A stretch of DNA of 64,000 bases from Thermoanaerobaculia bacterium (GTDB lineage Bacteria; Acidobacteriota; Thermoanaerobaculia; UBA5066), in the NCBI GenBank assembly GCA_963746875.1, contig CAVVDA010000006.1, positions 312,091-376,090 of the forward strand, read 5' to 3'. How positions within the stretch are numbered: position 1 is the stretch's first letter; each line of letters begins with the position of its first letter. A model generated the notes under the pieces. That model had not been told where the DNA came from and did no database searches. It worked only from the letters and a program-made list of their open reading frames with translations. Of the stretch, positions 41,230-51,937 are shown one piece after another. A program made the position numbers and the translations under genes.

Positions 41230-42075
41230 TCACCGCGACCTGCTCGCAGTCCAGGCGATCGGTGCCTTGAGGCATCGCTCCAGCAGGCGAGCCTCTCCAA
41301 GGCGCGCCGCCCAGGCGGCGAACCCGTTCGTGGGACCGCGCCACCGCAGCTCGTCCACGTCGCGGAAGAGGGGCGCGTCCGTCCTCAGTGTCGCCAGATT
41401 CTTGAAGAGGAGCGCCAGGTCGCGGTCGGCCCCGAGGATGGTCCGCGGAAATGTCTCGATCGGGCCGTGGCGGTTCAGAAGTCGGGCCGCGCCAATCCGA
41501 CCGATCCCGCGAATGCCCGGGTATCCGTCCGCCGCGTCGCCGACGAGGGCGAGGAAGTCGGGGATAAGGGCGGGCTCGACTCCGAACTTTTCGCGGACTC
41601 CTTCCGCATCCTGGATCTTCTTCCCGCGGCGATCGACCTGCACGACCCGGGTGCCGCGGACGCATTGCGCAAGGTCCTTGTCGGGCGTCCAGATGCAGAC
41701 TTTCTCGGCGTCTTCGCTCTCGGAGGCGATTCGCGCCGCGGACGCGAGCGCGTCATCGGCCTCCAGCTCGGTCATCGGCCACATCGCCACGCCCATCGCG
41801 GCGAGTGCTTCCTCGAGCGGGTGGAATTGCGCGAGAAGGGCGCGTTCGACGCCCTCTCCCGTCTTGTAGCCGGGCCAGAGCCCGTTCCGGAACGACTCGA
41901 TGACGTGATCGGTCGCCACACCGAGGTGGGTCGCCCCCGTCTCGATCATCTGCAGCACCGTGTTCAGGACGCCGATCACGGCGCCATAGGGCCGATCCTC
42001 GCTTTCGCCCGTGCGGCGAAGGCCGTAGAAATGGCGAAACAGCTCGTACGTGCCGTCGACGAGATGGACGATCAT
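41230..42075 (-). CDS. 5'-3' exonuclease / flap endonuclease (stand-alone PolA N-terminal-like)
   Basis: LVDGT, YK, EADDALAS, DKDLAQ and LALVGDAADGYPGIRGIG. Confidence 0.9.
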   Translation of the reverse strand: MIVHLVDGTYELFRHFYGLRRTGESEDRPYGAVIGVLNTVLQMIETGATHLGVATDHVIESFRNGLWPGYKTGEGVERALLAQFHPLEEALAAMGVAMWPMTELEADDALASAARIASESEDAEKVCIWTPDKDLAQCVRGTRVVQVDRRGKKIQDAEGVREKFGVEPALIPDFLALVGDAADGYPGIRGIGRIGAARLLNRHGPIETFPRTILGADRDLALLFKNLATLRTDAPLFRDVDELRWRGPTNGFAAWAARLGEARLLERCLKAPIAWTASRSR

Positions 42076-43313
42076 GGTCTCCGGATCGGGTCGGAGGGCG
42101 CCTTCTCGCGGCGAGCGAGAAGAATGAACGGCACCGAAATCAGCTCGAGGCCGGCGCCGACGATGTACGAGGTGGAGTACCCCCAGAGGTCAGCCACCCT
42201 GCCCAGAGCCGGCTGGAAAACGACGCCTCCCGACGAACTCATGAGATTGTCGGTCGAGAGTACTGTGGCGCGCTCCCCCGACGGGATGAGATCGTTGATG
42301 AAGGCCTCGCGAACGGGCATCGTGGCGGCGAAGACCATGGCCCAGACGGCCAGAAGGGCGAGCGCGGCCCAGAAACCCGGGGCCAGACCGATGAGCGCCA
42401 GCGCGGCCGTGCTCAGTACCGAACCCGCCAGCAGGAGAGAAGTTCTCTTCCGGAAGATCCGGGCCGCGTGCGGGACGATGATGCCGCCGATGATCTGCGT
42501 GCCGGCGACGATCGAGGCCGCCAGGCCGGCGATCGCGTAGGACTCCTTCTTGCCGTAGAGCTCGAGGAGATAGGGCTGCATGGCGTAGAACGCGTAGATG
42601 CCGACCCCGCCGGCGAAAAGGCCGCCGAGCATCAGCCAGCGCACGGGCGCGTTGCGGAATCCGTGGTCCAGCGACGATTTCAGGATCCTTCTCATCTCCA
42701 CGGCCATCGATCTTCTCTTCAGGGGAGTGAATCCGACGTCGCGCATCGAGAGAAACGCGACGAGGAACGTCAGCCCGAGCATCGCCGCTCGCAGGATGTA
42801 AGGCACACCCAGGCTCGTGGCCTGGGCGATCGCCCCGCCCGCCAGAGTGCCGGTCAGCATCGCGACTCCACCCGCGATCTGGCCTTTGGCGAACGCGGAC
42901 TCCAGGCTGCCCGAGTACTTCGCGAAATTCAGGCCGTCGACGAGCCAGGCTTCGGTGGCGCCCGAGAAGAACGTAAAGCCAAGCCCGAGCAGGATGGATG
43001 TGACGGCCCACGCCCAGAACGGACCGTGGACGCGCCACATCAACAGGTACAGCAGAGTCGACACGAAAAGCGTCGCGGAGCCGAGGAGATACGATGTCCT
43101 TCGCCCGAACGTGTCCGCCACGACGCCGGTCGGCAGCTCGAAGAGCACCTCGCCGAGCGTGAAGAAGGCGTTCGCCGCGAACGCCTGAGTGATCGTCAGT
43201 CCCGCATCGAGAAGAAAGAGCGTGTTGATGCCCCAGATGAAGGAGGAGGCGAAAGTCGAGAGAAGGGTCAGCGTGACGTAGGTTCTGAGAATCTGCCGAG
43301 CGGTGACCTCCAT
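42072..43313 (-). CDS. MFS transporter
   Basis: 413 aa, about 12 TM segments, motif A-like ELPTGVVADTFGRR. Confidence 0.9.
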   Translation of the reverse strand: MEVTARQILRTYVTLTLLSTFASSFIWGINTLFLLDAGLTITQAFAANAFFTLGEVLFELPTGVVADTFGRRTSYLLGSATLFVSTLLYLLMWRVHGPFWAWAVTSILLGLGFTFFSGATEAWLVDGLNFAKYSGSLESAFAKGQIAGGVAMLTGTLAGGAIAQATSLGVPYILRAAMLGLTFLVAFLSMRDVGFTPLKRRSMAVEMRRILKSSLDHGFRNAPVRWLMLGGLFAGGVGIYAFYAMQPYLLELYGKKESYAIAGLAASIVAGTQIIGGIIVPHAARIFRKRTSLLLAGSVLSTAALALIGLAPGFWAALALLAVWAMVFAATMPVREAFINDLIPSGERATVLSTDNLMSSSGGVVFQPALGRVADLWGYSTSYIVGAGLELISVPFILLARREKAPSDPIRRP

Positions 43314-43378
43314 CTGACTCTACCCTCGGCTTCTTCACGCGCGGCGGCGCGGATCGTGTTGCAGCGCGGCAACGCTTC

Positions 43379-43846
43379 TCAGCGCTTCTTCGCCTCCCCC
43401 GCGATCGTGAGCTTGAACCCGTCGGGATCGGTCAGGGAGAAGTCGCGTACGCCCCAGGGCTCGTCCTGCGGCTCCTGATCGAGGGTGCCGCCTCGAGCCT
43501 TTATCTTTTCGGCGAGCGCATCGATGTTCTTCCTCGTCTCGCAGTACAGGCGGAACCCCTCTCCCTTCTTCCGGTCGCGGCCCTTCTTCCAGTCGTCCTG
43601 GCCGAGCATGAAGCGCGCGTCGCCCGCCCGGACCATCACTCCGGCCAACTTCCCGTCCTGCTCCCAGCGCTCCTCGACCTCGAACCCGAGGACGTCCCGG
43701 TACCAGGCGAGGCTCTTCGCGATGTCGCCGACCGTGAGGGAAGGCGACGTCGAGCTCAGGCTCAGCCCTTTCACCGGCGCGGTCTTCGCCTTCTTTGAAG
43801 GCTTCTTTTTCGCGGGGGATTTCTTTTTCGGTTTCTTCACGGCCAT
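43379..43846 (-). CDS. VOC/glyoxalase-family protein with Lys-rich N-terminus
   Basis: LTVGDIAKSLAWYRDVLGF and PWGVRDFSLTDPDG. Confidence 0.9.
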   Translation of the reverse strand: MAVKKPKKKSPAKKKPSKKAKTAPVKGLSLSSTSPSLTVGDIAKSLAWYRDVLGFEVEERWEQDGKLAGVMVRAGDARFMLGQDDWKKGRDRKKGEGFRLYCETRKNIDALAEKIKARGGTLDQEPQDEPWGVRDFSLTDPDGFKLTIAGEAKKR

Positions 43847-43917
43847 CTCGACCCTCCAAATTTCGAGCGGAGCGTACGACTCGGGGTGTTCACGGTCAAA
43901 CGAAGAAACCGCATCGA

Positions 43918-44337
43918 CTACTTCTTCTCAGCCACCTTCGCGCGCAGACGCTCCTCTTGTGCCCTGAGCTCGGGCGTGAACTCGGCGCCGAAATCTTCGG
44001 CCTCGAACACCTGGCGGATCTCGAGCACCACGCCCTCTCCGAAGGGTGCGCGCTTCATCCAGGCGATCGCCTCTTCCTTCGACTTCACCTGGATCAGCCA
44101 GAAGCCCGCGATCAGTTCCTTCGCCTCCGTGAAGGGGCCGTCGGTCACCGTCGTCTTCCCGCCCGAGAACCTGATCCGCGCGCCCTTCGAGGTCGGCTGG
44201 AGCCCCTCGCCCGCGAGCATCACGCCCGCCTTCACCATCTCCTCGTTGAATTTTCCCATCTCCTCGAAGAGCTTCTTGTCCGGAAGGATGCCCGCCTCGG
44301 AATTCTTGTCCGCAGGAACCATGACCATGAATCGCAT
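43918..44337 (-). CDS. YciI/DGPF-family protein
   Basis: MRFM, GEGLQP and TDGPFTEAKELIAGFW. Confidence 0.9.
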   Translation of the reverse strand: MRFMVMVPADKNSEAGILPDKKLFEEMGKFNEEMVKAGVMLAGEGLQPTSKGARIRFSGGKTTVTDGPFTEAKELIAGFWLIQVKSKEEAIAWMKRAPFGEGVVLEIRQVFEAEDFGAEFTPELRAQEERLRAKVAEKK

Positions 44338-44420
44338 CGTCTTATCTCCTTCTTTCTTTGAGCTTCGAGCCGGGTTTTTCGGCCGGTTTCAGCCGGCTTC
44401 GGTCCCGCCTCCACTCCATC

Positions 44421-44447
44421 GACGACCGAGGTTCCTCGATATCGACA
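44421..44447 (-). promoter_or_regulatory. ECF42-type promoter upstream of the DGPF gene
   Basis: Minus strand TGTCGA-N17-CGTC, about 85 bp upstream of the DGPF start. Confidence 0.6.
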
Positions 44448-44637
44448 TGCCCGGACGATTTTTTTTCGAACCTTGCCGGCACTGACGCGCGGGTCCGGAT
44501 CGCCACACCCCCGGGACGCGACGCCCGGGCGCCTGTATCTCGCTTTCGGCGGCGCTCTGTCAAGGCTTAGCTGATTCAGCGGGGCATGGTGAAATCCCGC
44601 TGATGGCGGAAAATGGCGCCGTTCGGAGGAGGTCCCG

Positions 44638-44910
44638 ATGAGTCCGGACCAGGGGTGCGCGCACATTCGGGAAGTCGAGCGCGTGAAGCGCGCGAAGAAG
44701 CGCGAGTGCGAGGAATGCGTGAAGATCGGGAGCACGTGGGTCCATCTCCGGACCTGCCAGAGCTGCGGCGGCACGCGGTGCTGCGATTCCTCGCCGAACA
44801 GGCACGCGAGCGCGCACGCACGGAGCTCGGGCCACCCGGTGGTCGCCTCCGCCGAGCCCGGCGAGAGCTGGCTGTACTGCTACCCCGATGACGCGTCCGC
44901 GGAATACTGA
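44638..44910 (+). CDS. UBP-type zinc-finger protein
   Basis: CAH, CEEC, WVHLRTCQSCG, CCDSSPNRHA..H and WLYCY. Confidence 0.9.
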   Translation: MSPDQGCAHIREVERVKRAKKRECEECVKIGSTWVHLRTCQSCGGTRCCDSSPNRHASAHARSSGHPVVASAEPGESWLYCYPDDASAEY

Positions 44911-46554
44911 TGTCCGCGGCGAGCCCTTCCCGCGAGGAGACGTTCCCGAAGCTGACCGAAGGAGCAGCGCGCGCGGATCGCCGCCTTCGCGCGGGAGCGC
45001 CGCTTCGCCGACGGTGAGATGCTGTGGGAGCAGGGCGACTGCAACCGCCCGCTCTTCGTGGTCCTCGAGGGCAAGGTCACGGTCCTGTCGGACGCGGATC
45101 TCTGCGTGACGGCGCACGAGCCCGGCCAGTTCAGCGGCGACGTCGACCTGCTCTCCGGACGTCCCATCGTCGTGAGGGGCCGCGCGACGGGCGAGACGCG
45201 CGTTCTCGAGCTTCCCGCCGAGCGGCTGCGGGCCCTCGTCCAGACGGACCCGGAGCTCTCCGAAATCTTCCTGCGCGCGTTCATCCTCCGCCGCATCTTC
45301 CTTCAGGCGCGGGGTCAGGGCAGCATCGTGCTCGTCGGCTCGCGCCACTCGGCCGGCACGCTCCTCCTCCAGGAGTTCCTCACGCGCAACGGACAGCCGT
45401 ACGCGTACCTCGACGTGGAGCGCGACCCCGACGTGCAGAAGACGCTCGACGGCTTCAACGTCGGGCGTGGACGACGTGCCCGTCCTCATCTGCCGGGGCA
45501 CCCGCGTCCTGAAGAAGCCCACCATCGAGGAGGTCGGCGAGTGCCTCGGCCTGAACCGGTTCGACACGAGCTCCGTGCGCGACGTCGTGGTCGTGGGCGC
45601 CGGTCCCGCGGGGCTCGCGGCCGCCGTCTACGCGGCCTCCGAGGGGCTCGACACCGTCGTCCTCGAAGCGAACTCTCCGGGCGGGCAGGCGGGCTCGAGC
45701 TCACGCATCGAGAACTACCTCGGCTTTCCGACGGGAGTCTCGGGACAGGCGCTCGCGAGCAACGCCCTGGTTCAGGCGGAGAAGTTCGGCGCGGCGATCG
45801 CGGTCGCGCGGACCGCGGTGCGGCTCTCGTGCGACCGGCGGCCCTATCGACTCGAGCTCGCCGAGAGCGTCAGCGTCGAGGCACGCACGGTGATCATCGC
45901 GACCGGCGTCCAGTACCGGAAGCCCGACCTCCCGAACCTGGCGCGCTTCGAAGGCGTCGGGGTCTATTACCTGGCGAGTCAGATCGAAAAGAACCTCTGC
46001 GAGGGTGGAGAGGTCATCGTCGTCGGGGGCGGAAACTCCGCGGGCCAGGCCGCGGTTTTCCTTTCGACGCGCGGTGCGGCACGTCCACATGCTCGTGCGC
46101 GGCGAAGGGCTTGCCGAGAGCATGTCGCGCTATCTCATCCGCCGATCGAGGAGGCAGAGAACATCACGCGTGCACACGAAGACACGGATCGAGGCCCTCG
46201 AGGGCAACGGGCGGCTCGAGCGCACGACATGGCGCGACGCCGCGGGCTACGCGGACGACCGTCGACGTCGGGCACGTCTTTCTCATGACCGGCGCCGATC
46301 CGAACACGGACTGGCTCCAGGATTGTGTCGCGCTCGACGAAAAAGGCTTCGTGAAGACCGGGCAGGACCTCACGCAGGACGATCTCGCCAGGGCGAAGTG
46401 GCATCTCGCGCGTCCCCCGCTCCTCTTCGAGACGAGCCAGCCGGGCGTCTTCGCGGTCGGCGACGTGCGCGCTTCCAGCGTCAAGCGCGTCGCCGCGGCC
46501 GTGGGCGAGGGTTCCGTGTGCATCCAGCTCGTCCATCGCGTCCTCGCGGAGTAA
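44910..46554 (+). CDS. cNMP-binding domain plus thioredoxin reductase-like FAD oxidoreductase, with indels
   Basis: GQFSGD (cNMP), GAGPAG, SSRIENYLGFP, IIATG, GGGNSAGQAA, GVFAVGD and KRVAAAVGEG. Confidence 0.85.
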
Positions 46555-46576
46555 CGGGCAGGAGGGAACCTCTCGC

Positions 46577-47482
46577 ATGACCGAGGAGCGCTGGCCGGCC
46601 CTGCCCTACGACGTGTGGAAGGACACCTACGCCACGCTCCACCTGTGGACGCAGATCGTGGGAAAGGTCACGCTCGCGCTCGCGCCGCCGCTGAACCATT
46701 CCTGGGGAATCGCCTTTCAGGTGACTCCGCGGGGGCTGTCGACGCGGCCACTGCCTCACGGCGGCCGGTCGTTCACGATGGAGTTCGACTTCATCGAACA
46801 CCGCCTCGTCGTGCGAGCGTCGAATGGAGAAGAGCGCTCGCTCCCGCTCCAGCCGCGCACGGTCGCCGACTTCTACCGCGCGGTCATGGCGATGCTCGCC
46901 GACATGGGACTCGGCGCCCGGATCTGGACGATGCCCGTCGAGATTCCGCCGCCTCTGATCCGGTTCGAGGAGGACTTCGTGCACGACTCGTACGACCCGG
47001 TTTACGCGAACAGGTGCTGGCGGATCCTTGCGCAGATCGAGGAGGTGTATACGCGCGGCCGCTGCAGCTTCGTCGGCAAGTGCAGCCCGGCGCATTTCTT
47101 CTGGGGAGGCTTCGATCTCGCCGTCACGCGTTTCTCGGGGCGGCCGGCGCCGCCGCGGGAGGGCCCCGCGTTCATGCGGGAAGCCTATTCGCACGAGGTC
47201 ATCAGTCACGGGTTCTGGCCCGGCAGCGGCCCGGTCCTCGAGCCCGCGTTCTACGCCTATGCGGTGCCGGAGCCGGCTGGTTTCAAGGAGGCACGGGCCC
47301 GGCCGGACGCCGCCTTCTACCACCGCGAGCTCGGCGAGTTCATCCTGCCCTACGAGGCCGTACGGACGTCCGATTCACCCGAGGAGGCGATCCACGCCTT
47401 CGTGGAATCCACCTATGAGCACGGCGCCCATCTCGCCGGCTGGGATCGGATCGCTCTCGAAACAAGGTCGGCGGAGCGATGA
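46577..47482 (+). CDS. DUF5996-like protein
   Basis: WPALP, LHLWTQIVGKV, HFFWGGFDLAVTRFSG, EAYSHE and GFWPG..PAFYAY. Confidence 0.8.
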   Translation: MTEERWPALPYDVWKDTYATLHLWTQIVGKVTLALAPPLNHSWGIAFQVTPRGLSTRPLPHGGRSFTMEFDFIEHRLVVRASNGEERSLPLQPRTVADFYRAVMAMLADMGLGARIWTMPVEIPPPLIRFEEDFVHDSYDPVYANRCWRILAQIEEVYTRGRCSFVGKCSPAHFFWGGFDLAVTRFSGRPAPPREGPAFMREAYSHEVISHGFWPGSGPVLEPAFYAYAVPEPAGFKEARARPDAAFYHRELGEFILPYEAVRTSDSPEEAIHAFVESTYEHGAHLAGWDRIALETRSAER

Positions 47483-48187
47483 GCGCGACCTTTTCGGGCC
47501 AGGTGGCGTTGGTAGCGGGCGGGACGGGAGGGCTGGGCCGCGCGGTCAGCCTCGCCTTCCTCCAGGCCGGCGCAACCGTCGTCGTCACGTATCGCAAGCA
47601 GGAGGAATTCGCAGCTCTGAAGACGGCGGCGGGCGCGAACGGCGACCGGCTCGACGGGCACGAGGTCGACGTCACGAACGAGCCCGCGGTGCGCGCGCTC
47701 GTCGAGGCCGTCCGGACGCGCCACGGGCGGCTGGACGTCCTCGTGAACGCGGTCGGGGCCTACGCAGGCGGCACACCGCTCTGGGAGCAGGACCCGGCGA
47801 CCCTCGACCGGATGCTCGACCTGAATCTCCGCTCGGGCTACACGCTCCTGCGCGCCGTTGTCCCGCTGATGCTCTCGCAGGCGCGCGGCGCGATCGTGAA
47901 CGTGGCCTCGACGGCCGCGTTCGATCACGGGGCGGGGAACGCGGCATACGCCGCCTCGAAGGCGGCTGCGGTTGCGCTCGTGGATTCCCTGGCCGAAGAC
48001 CTGAAAGGCACCGCGGTGAGGGCGAACTCGATTCTTCCGAGCCTCATCGACACGGAAGTGAACCGGAAGGCCATGCCGAAGGCCGACTTTTCGAAGTGGC
48101 CGAAGCCCGAGGACATCGCGCGCGTCATCCTGTTTCTCGTGCAGCGACGACGCGAAGCTCATTCGCGGCGCCGCGATCCGCGTGTGA
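47479..48187 (+). CDS. Short-chain dehydrogenase/reductase, indel near the C-terminus
   Basis: GGTGGLG, LVNAVG, NVAS and YAASK. Confidence 0.9.
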
Positions 48188-48245
48188 GGCTCGGCTAGCG
48201 CGTCCTTCCGAACGAATCGAGGCCGGCCTCCCGGTTTCCCTTCTA

Positions 48246-50784
48246 TCACGGGGCTTCGCGCGGCCGCGAGACTCGGTAAAGCGCGGTGAGGCGATCGGCC
48301 GTCGACCTGGCTTCGCGGCCCTCGGGGCCGGGCCCATCCTTCAGGACCGCCTTCGCCTCGAGCAGGAGGCGCTCGGCTTCGTCGTAGCGACCGAGGGACG
48401 TGAGGGCTTCGCCCAGCAGGCTCTTGGCCGTGGCGATCCGCCAGTCGCTCTCGGTAAAGGCGCGCTTGCGGATCTCCAGCGCCTGCCGGAGCAGAGGCTC
48501 GGCGGAGGCGGCGTCCTTGCGCGCCAGGTGCACGCGGCCGAGGTTCACCTTGTAGTTGGCGACGGACGGGTGCTGGTCGCCGAACGCGGCGGTCGCGATC
48601 TGCAGGGCCTCTTGAAGAGCGGCTGCCGCCTCGTCGTACTTTCCCCGCTGCAGCAACGGCCGGGAGAGATTGTTGAGCTTGATGGCGAGATCCGGATGCT
48701 TGTCACTCATCGTCTTGCGGGCCATGGCGAGAGACTGGCGCGACAGCGTTTCGGCAGCCGCGAAGTCGCCCCGGTCTCCGGCGATCAGCGCCAGGTTGTT
48801 CAGCGACGCCGAGGTGTCCGGATTCTCGCCCTGCGTCTTCCGGTTGATCTCGAGGCTCTGGCGAAAGAGCGCTTCGGCCCCCGGGAGGTCGCCCTTGTGC
48901 CACAGGACCAGAGCGAGCTCGTTCATGCTCGTGGCTGTTTCGTGCTCCTCGTCGCCCAGAACCTTTCGGCGGATCGCGAGCGCTTCGCGGAAGAGCGGCT
49001 CGGCCCGCCCATCGGATCCCTGGTCGCTGTAGAGGCGGCCGAGCTCGACCAGGGTGACCGCGACGTCCCGGTGTCTCGGGGCCGAGAACCTTCCGCCGAG
49101 TCGCGAGCGCCTCGACGAGCAACGGCTCGGCCGCGGCCGCGTCGCCCCTTTCCCTCAGAAGAACCCCGAGGTCGTTGAGGCTCTCGGCCACTTCCGCGCT
49201 CCGGGGCCCGAAGACGCCGCGCCTCGTGGACAGCGCCTCGTCCAGGAGCGGCCGCGCCTTGTCGAGCTCGCCGAGGCGCTGGAAGGTGCGTCCCATCACG
49301 GACAGCATCTCGGCTTTCACTTCCGGCTGGCCCGCGAGCTCTTTCCGGACGCGCGCCGCCCCAGCGTCGAGGAGCCCGCGGACGGTGACCTCCTGCGAGT
49401 CCTTGCGAGAGGCGTAGGGATCCGCCCCGGTCAGGAGTCCCGACAGGAGCTCGCTCACCTTGGCCGCTTTCTGCGCCTCGAGACGGGCCCGATCGCGCTC
49501 CCCGGCCAACCGTACCGTGTAGAAGGCGACCAGGCCTGCAAGCAGCAGGACCGCCGCCGCCGCCGCGGCCACGCCACGCCGGTTTCTGCGCGCGAACTTC
49601 GCGGCGCGATAGGCGAGTGTGTCGGCCCTCGCCGCGATCGGCTCATGAGCGAGGTAGTGGCGCAGGTCGTCTGCGAGAGCGGTGACGGACGCATAGCGCT
49701 CGGCCGGGTTCTTCTTCAGCGCCTTCGCGACGATCGTGTCGAGGTCCCCCTTGAGAAGGCGGCGGAGTCCGTCGGGCGACGTGGAACGCATCTGCGCGTC
49801 GTGGAGAGCCCTCTCGGGCGCGGACGCCCGCGTCGCGGCCGCCGCGTCGGAGAGCGCGCTGCGGCTCCGTGTCCACGATCGCCTTGACCAGGTCCGCCGT
49901 GCGATCCAGAGGACGCCTCGGCCGGATGACGGCCGGCGAGCAGTACGTAGAGCAGCGTGCCCAGGGCATGGACGTCCGTCGCGGTCGTGATCGCCCCGCC
50001 CGTCACCTGCTCGGGCGCGGCGTACTCGGGGGTCAGCGCCCCTCCCCCCTCGCGCGTGAGCGCCGTGGCCTCTGCCGCGCCCCCCTCCTCCTCGAGCAGC
50101 TTCGCGATGCCGAAGTCGAGCAGCTTCACCTGCCCGTCCGTCGCGACGAGCACGTTCGACGGCTTGATGTCCCGGTGCACGATCAGATTCGCGTGCGCAT
50201 GAGCCACGGCGGCCAGCACATCCAGGAAGAGGCGCAGCCGCCCGTCGATGGAAAGCGCCTTGTGGTCGCAGTAGCGATCGATCGGCGCGCCCAGCACGTA
50301 CTCGAGCACGAGATAAGGCTGTCCGATCGCCGACACGCCCGCGTCCACCAGCCGCGCGATGTTCGGGTGCGTCAGGCGCGCGAGAAGGTGGCCCTCCCGC
50401 TCGAAACGCGTCTCGCCGGCGCGGCCGACGAGGCTCACGTTCAGGAGCTTCACCGCGACCTTGCCCTCGAATCGCCCGTCGCTGCGCCGGGCGAGCCAGA
50501 CGCTGCCCATGCCGCCCTGTCCGATCGGCGCGATCGAGCGTGTAGGCGCCGATCGTCTGGCCGGCGAGCGACGCCGGCGCGGGAGGCTTCAGGGCCCCGT
50601 CTTCGAGAAATCCTTCCCGGCTCAGCGCGCCTTGCTCCTCGAGAAGGTTCTCTACTTCGGAGGCCACATCCGGATCCTCCGCGCGCAGAGATTCCAGCCA
50701 GACGGCGCGCTCGTCGTCCGCCATCTCGAGCGCGCGATCGAGGTGGGGACTCACGATCTGCCAGCGGTCCTGCGCCGAGGACAC
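48246..50784 (-). CDS. ECF-associated Ser/Thr kinase with TM and TPR repeats, with indels
   Basis: GQGGMGSVW, VAVK, HRDIKPSN, DFG, LTPEYAAPEQ, GDLD.IV.KAL and kinesin-light-chain-type TPRs (SLNNLA). Confidence 0.9.
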
Positions 50785-50800
50785 GGCTACGCTTCCGGTT

Positions 50801-51367
50801 TCAAGCTGGCGTCGCCTGCCGGATCTCGCGATGCAGATAGATGCGCGCCTTCTCCCAGCGGCGCTGCACCGTACGTTCCGACACGCCCCGCATCGCGGCG
50901 ATCTCCGCAAACGAGAACCCGCAGAAGAACTTCAGATCGACCACCTCGGCGAGCGATGCGTCGACCGAGGCCAGGCTGTCGAGCGCCGTGCTGATCCGGA
51001 CCAGCTCGCTTTCATCTGCGACGGAGTCGGCGACCGCGTCACCGAGAGTCGTGATCTCGAAGCCGCCTCCGCGCTTCAGCGCCTGACGGCTGCGGGCGTA
51101 GTCGATGATGAGGCCGCGCATCACCTTCGCGGCGTAGGCCATGAAGCGTCCCTCGTCCGGGAATTTCGCGGCCTCGCGTCCGGCGATGTTCAGATACGCC
51201 TCGTGGAGCAGCGTCGTCGCGCTGAGCGTGACGGAGGGTCCGTTTCGGGCCAATTGGCTCTTCGCCAGGCGGTGCAGCTCCGAATAGAGCGAGGCGAAGA
51301 GCGTGTCCGCCGCGGACCGGTCGCCGGACTCGGTGGAGATGATGAGCGAGGAGATCGTCTGCGTCAT
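50801..51367 (-). CDS. ECF sigma factor, kinase-coupled (ECF43-like)
   Basis: LYSELHRLA, TLSATTLLHEAY, MRGLIIDYAR..KRGG, VVDLKFFCG and SERTVQRRW. Directly upstream of the kinase. Confidence 0.9.
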   Translation of the reverse strand: MTQTISSLIISTESGDRSAADTLFASLYSELHRLAKSQLARNGPSVTLSATTLLHEAYLNIAGREAAKFPDEGRFMAYAAKVMRGLIIDYARSRQALKRGGGFEITTLGDAVADSVADESELVRISTALDSLASVDASLAEVVDLKFFCGFSFAEIAAMRGVSERTVQRRWEKARIYLHREIRQATPA

Positions 51368-51455
51368 CGGCACTCGACCAGAACACGAACGCCCCGATGC
51401 TACTCCGCGCCGAACGTACGCAAGAGAAATTCCGGTTCCGGCGCGTTGCGATTTT

Positions 51456-51522
51456 CTGTCGTGTTTCGTCTCCCGATTTCGATGGTCGTACCACCTGTCG
51501 TCTTTCTCCTCCGAACTTCGAT
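51456..51522 (+). repeat. Two imperfect 28-bp direct repeats, candidate tandem ECF promoters
   Basis: CTGTCGTGTTTCGTCTCCCGATTTCGAT (51456-51483) and CTGTCGTCTTTCTCCTCCGAACTTCGAT (51495-51522); 22 of 28 identical by hand count. Confidence 0.65.
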
Positions 51523-51591
51523 TCTCGGAGTGAACGGCGACCATCCGCCTCCCGCGGACGGCGTCCCGAGGACAGCGGAAGGGAGGAAGCG

Positions 51592-51843
51592 ATGAATACG
51601 GCAAAAAGACAGGTTTCCCCCGGCTTGACCTTCGCGGCCGGCACGCTCGTCGGCGCGATCGCGGTCTTCGTGCCGCTCAAGTCCGCCGGCCATCCGGGGT
51701 CCAGGGTCGAAGGTCCGGCGAAGATCTCCCCCGGCGAGGTTCGGCCCTCCGTCGATGCCGCATCGGCCTCCAGGTTGAAGGAAGACGCGAGCGAGCCCAG
51801 GGAAGCGAGCAACGAAGCCACCTGCGACGTGCAGCTCGATTGA
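51592..51843 (+). CDS. Small hypothetical membrane-anchored or exported protein
   Basis: RBS GGAGG, 83 aa, one hydrophobic N-terminal segment. Confidence 0.5.
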   Translation: MNTAKRQVSPGLTFAAGTLVGAIAVFVPLKSAGHPGSRVEGPAKISPGEVRPSVDAASASRLKEDASEPREASNEATCDVQLD

Positions 51844-51937
51844 GAGGCGACGATCCAGCCGGCATGACCAGGCGATAGCCGGGACTCCCCGAAACCCGGT
51901 CGACGGGACGAGAAGAGACAAAGAACGGGAGGAAACG

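Noticed and set aside
51456-51522. Direct repeats as a mini CRISPR array
   Set aside because: Only two imperfect copies, an 11-bp spacer and no cas genes.
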